Shown here piece by piece: positions 15,615-16,934 of a stretch of 16,934 bases of DNA; the first letter of the stretch is position 1, and each line of letters starts with the position of its first letter. The notes beneath the pieces were generated by a model. It was not told the DNA's origin, searched no databases, and saw only the letters and a list, made by a program, of their open reading frames with translations. The translations under genes and the position numbers were made by a program. The stretch is taken from the NCBI GenBank assembly GCA_049971805.1, contig JBMFKU010000026.1, forward strand, positions 1 to 16,934, read 5' to 3'. Source of the DNA: Caldisphaera sp. (GTDB lineage: Archaea; Thermoproteota; Thermoprotei_A; Sulfolobales; Acidilobaceae).

Positions 15615-16690
15615 TGAGCGAAGAAAAGAAAAATAATGATTATAACGTTTGTCCAGAATGGGACTGTCAAAAATTAGAGGATTTTAAAAATGTATGGATT
15701 GTTGGAGAAGTAAATGAAAATGGTATAACCGAGCCTAGTCTACAAATGCTGACACCAGCTAATAAAATAGCTACAAAGCTTAATACAAAGATTGTTGGAG
15801 TTCTAGTCGGCCATGATGTTAAAAAATATGCAAAAGAATTTATTGAATATGGAGCTGATGAGGTAATAATATTAGATGATGAAAGGCTTTCCATGTATTC
15901 CCCACACATATATGCTAAAGTTATAGCGGATCTTGCCAAAAAATACAAACCAGCAGTAATATTTATAGCCGCAACAATGAAAGGAAGAGAATTTGGGCCC
16001 TATGTTGCAAATATCTTAAGAACAGGTATAGCAGCAGACTCTACTGATTTTGATGTAGATGAGAAAACAAAAGATGTATTATTAATTAAACCACCTTTCG
16101 GAGCAGTTTTGCTAGCATATATAAAAATTCCGACAAGAAGGCCGCAAATAGGAACTACAAGACCTAATGTATTTAGCTTACCTCCTAGAGATCCAAATAG
16201 AAAAGGCAGAGTTATAGAAGAAAAGATAGGCTATATACAAAAGCCTAAAGCAAGGCTTATTTCAAGGAAGATTTTGCTTTCTAATGAAATTCCTGTAGAA
16301 AAGGCAGAGTTATTAGTTAGTGGAGGTAAAGGTTTGAATAACATTGAGGGATTTAAGATGTTGGAAGAATTTGCAAAGTCTATAAATGCAATAGTCGTAG
16401 GAACTAGGAAAGCAGTTGACATGGGATGGATTCCCTACGAAAAACAGGTAGGCCAAACCGCAAAATCAGTTAAACCTGTATTGTATATAGCAGTAGGAAT
16501 AAGCGGTGCAGCCCAACATATGTTTGGTGTAAGAGAGGCTGGAGTTGTTGTTGCAATAAATAATGATCCAAATGCACCGATATTTTCTCAAGCCGACTAT
16601 GGGGTAATTGCAGATTATAAAGAGGTTTTGCCAGCATTAATAAAGGAAATAGAATCTCTTAAAAACCAATCAAAGAATAAGCAAAAATAA
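15611..16690 (+). CDS. fixB: Electron transfer flavoprotein alpha subunit (FixB/EtfA)
   Basis: VSGGKG, QVGQT, LYIAVGISGAAQH..G and AINNDPNAPIF..ADYG. ATGA overlap with fixA. Confidence 0.95.
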   Translation: MMSEEKKNNDYNVCPEWDCQKLEDFKNVWIVGEVNENGITEPSLQMLTPANKIATKLNTKIVGVLVGHDVKKYAKEFIEYGADEVIILDDERLSMYSPHIYAKVIADLAKKYKPAVIFIAATMKGREFGPYVANILRTGIAADSTDFDVDEKTKDVLLIKPPFGAVLLAYIKIPTRRPQIGTTRPNVFSLPPRDPNRKGRVIEEKIGYIQKPKARLISRKILLSNEIPVEKAELLVSGGKGLNNIEGFKMLEEFAKSINAIVVGTRKAVDMGWIPYEKQVGQTAKSVKPVLYIAVGISGAAQHMFGVREAGVVVAINNDPNAPIFSQADYGVIADYKEVLPALIKEIESLKNQSKNKQK

Positions 16691-16775
16691 TGAATTTGGT
16701 AAAAACCAATAAATCTTAATTCTTATCGAGAAAGAAGCCATATTTAAAATATAATAGCATTTAGAGAATTGTAAA

Positions 16776-16934
16776 ATTTTATAAAATAAATGGCAAGCCT
16801 CATCTTTTAAGGCGGGGTAAAGTTTTAAGGTTTGTTTTAAAAATAATTAGATATGAATAGCCATCAAGGGTATTCTTCACAATATGAGGTAGGCCTCTAC
16901 TCGTTACCAAATTAAAGAAAAAGGAGGGTGAGAT
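16776..16934 (+). mobile_element. Non-autonomous IS200/IS605-family element, copy 2 (truncated by the window edge)
   Basis: Identical by eye to 11943-12101 over 159 bp, same orientation, offset 4833 bp. Confidence 0.85.

Noticed and set aside
13439-16422. Minus-strand ORFs 13439-13819, 15311-15670, 15667-15948 and 16231-16422
   Set aside because: Antisense shadows of the fix/etf genes.
1-16934. CRISPR array or cas genes
   Set aside because: No regularly spaced direct repeats or Cas-like ORFs were seen.

Overview
This is AT-rich crenarchaeal chromosomal DNA (Thermoproteota; the gene content and composition suggest an Acidilobales/Caldisphaera-like organism, which is tentative). Housekeeping and metabolic genes are rpl1-rplP0, a GntR regulator, trxB-taw1(tyw1), an Ard1/RimI acetyltransferase, a radical SAM/SPASM protein, aIF-2beta and a fixC-fixX-fixA-fixB (EtfABCX) operon. 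There is also a GC-richer enolase-superfamily sugar-acid dehydratase and three tRNA genes: Arg-UCU, intron-containing Tyr-GUA and Ala-UGC. The most interesting signals are non-coding. (1) A C/D box sRNA at 7674-7736 has a D guide that predicts 2'-O-methylation of wobble U34 of the tRNA-Ala(UGC) encoded 4 kb away. (2) Two copies of a protein-free IS200/IS605-type element, identical over the 159 bp visible, carry an internal promoter and a structured omegaRNA-like body and bracket aIF-2beta plus the fix operon; an IS607 tnpA pseudogene sits next to copy 1. (3) tRNA-Arg has C33 and is preceded by a 52-nt GC-rich, tRNA-like leader. (4) The tRNA-Tyr intron contains a near copy of the tRNA-Arg(UCU) anticodon arm.
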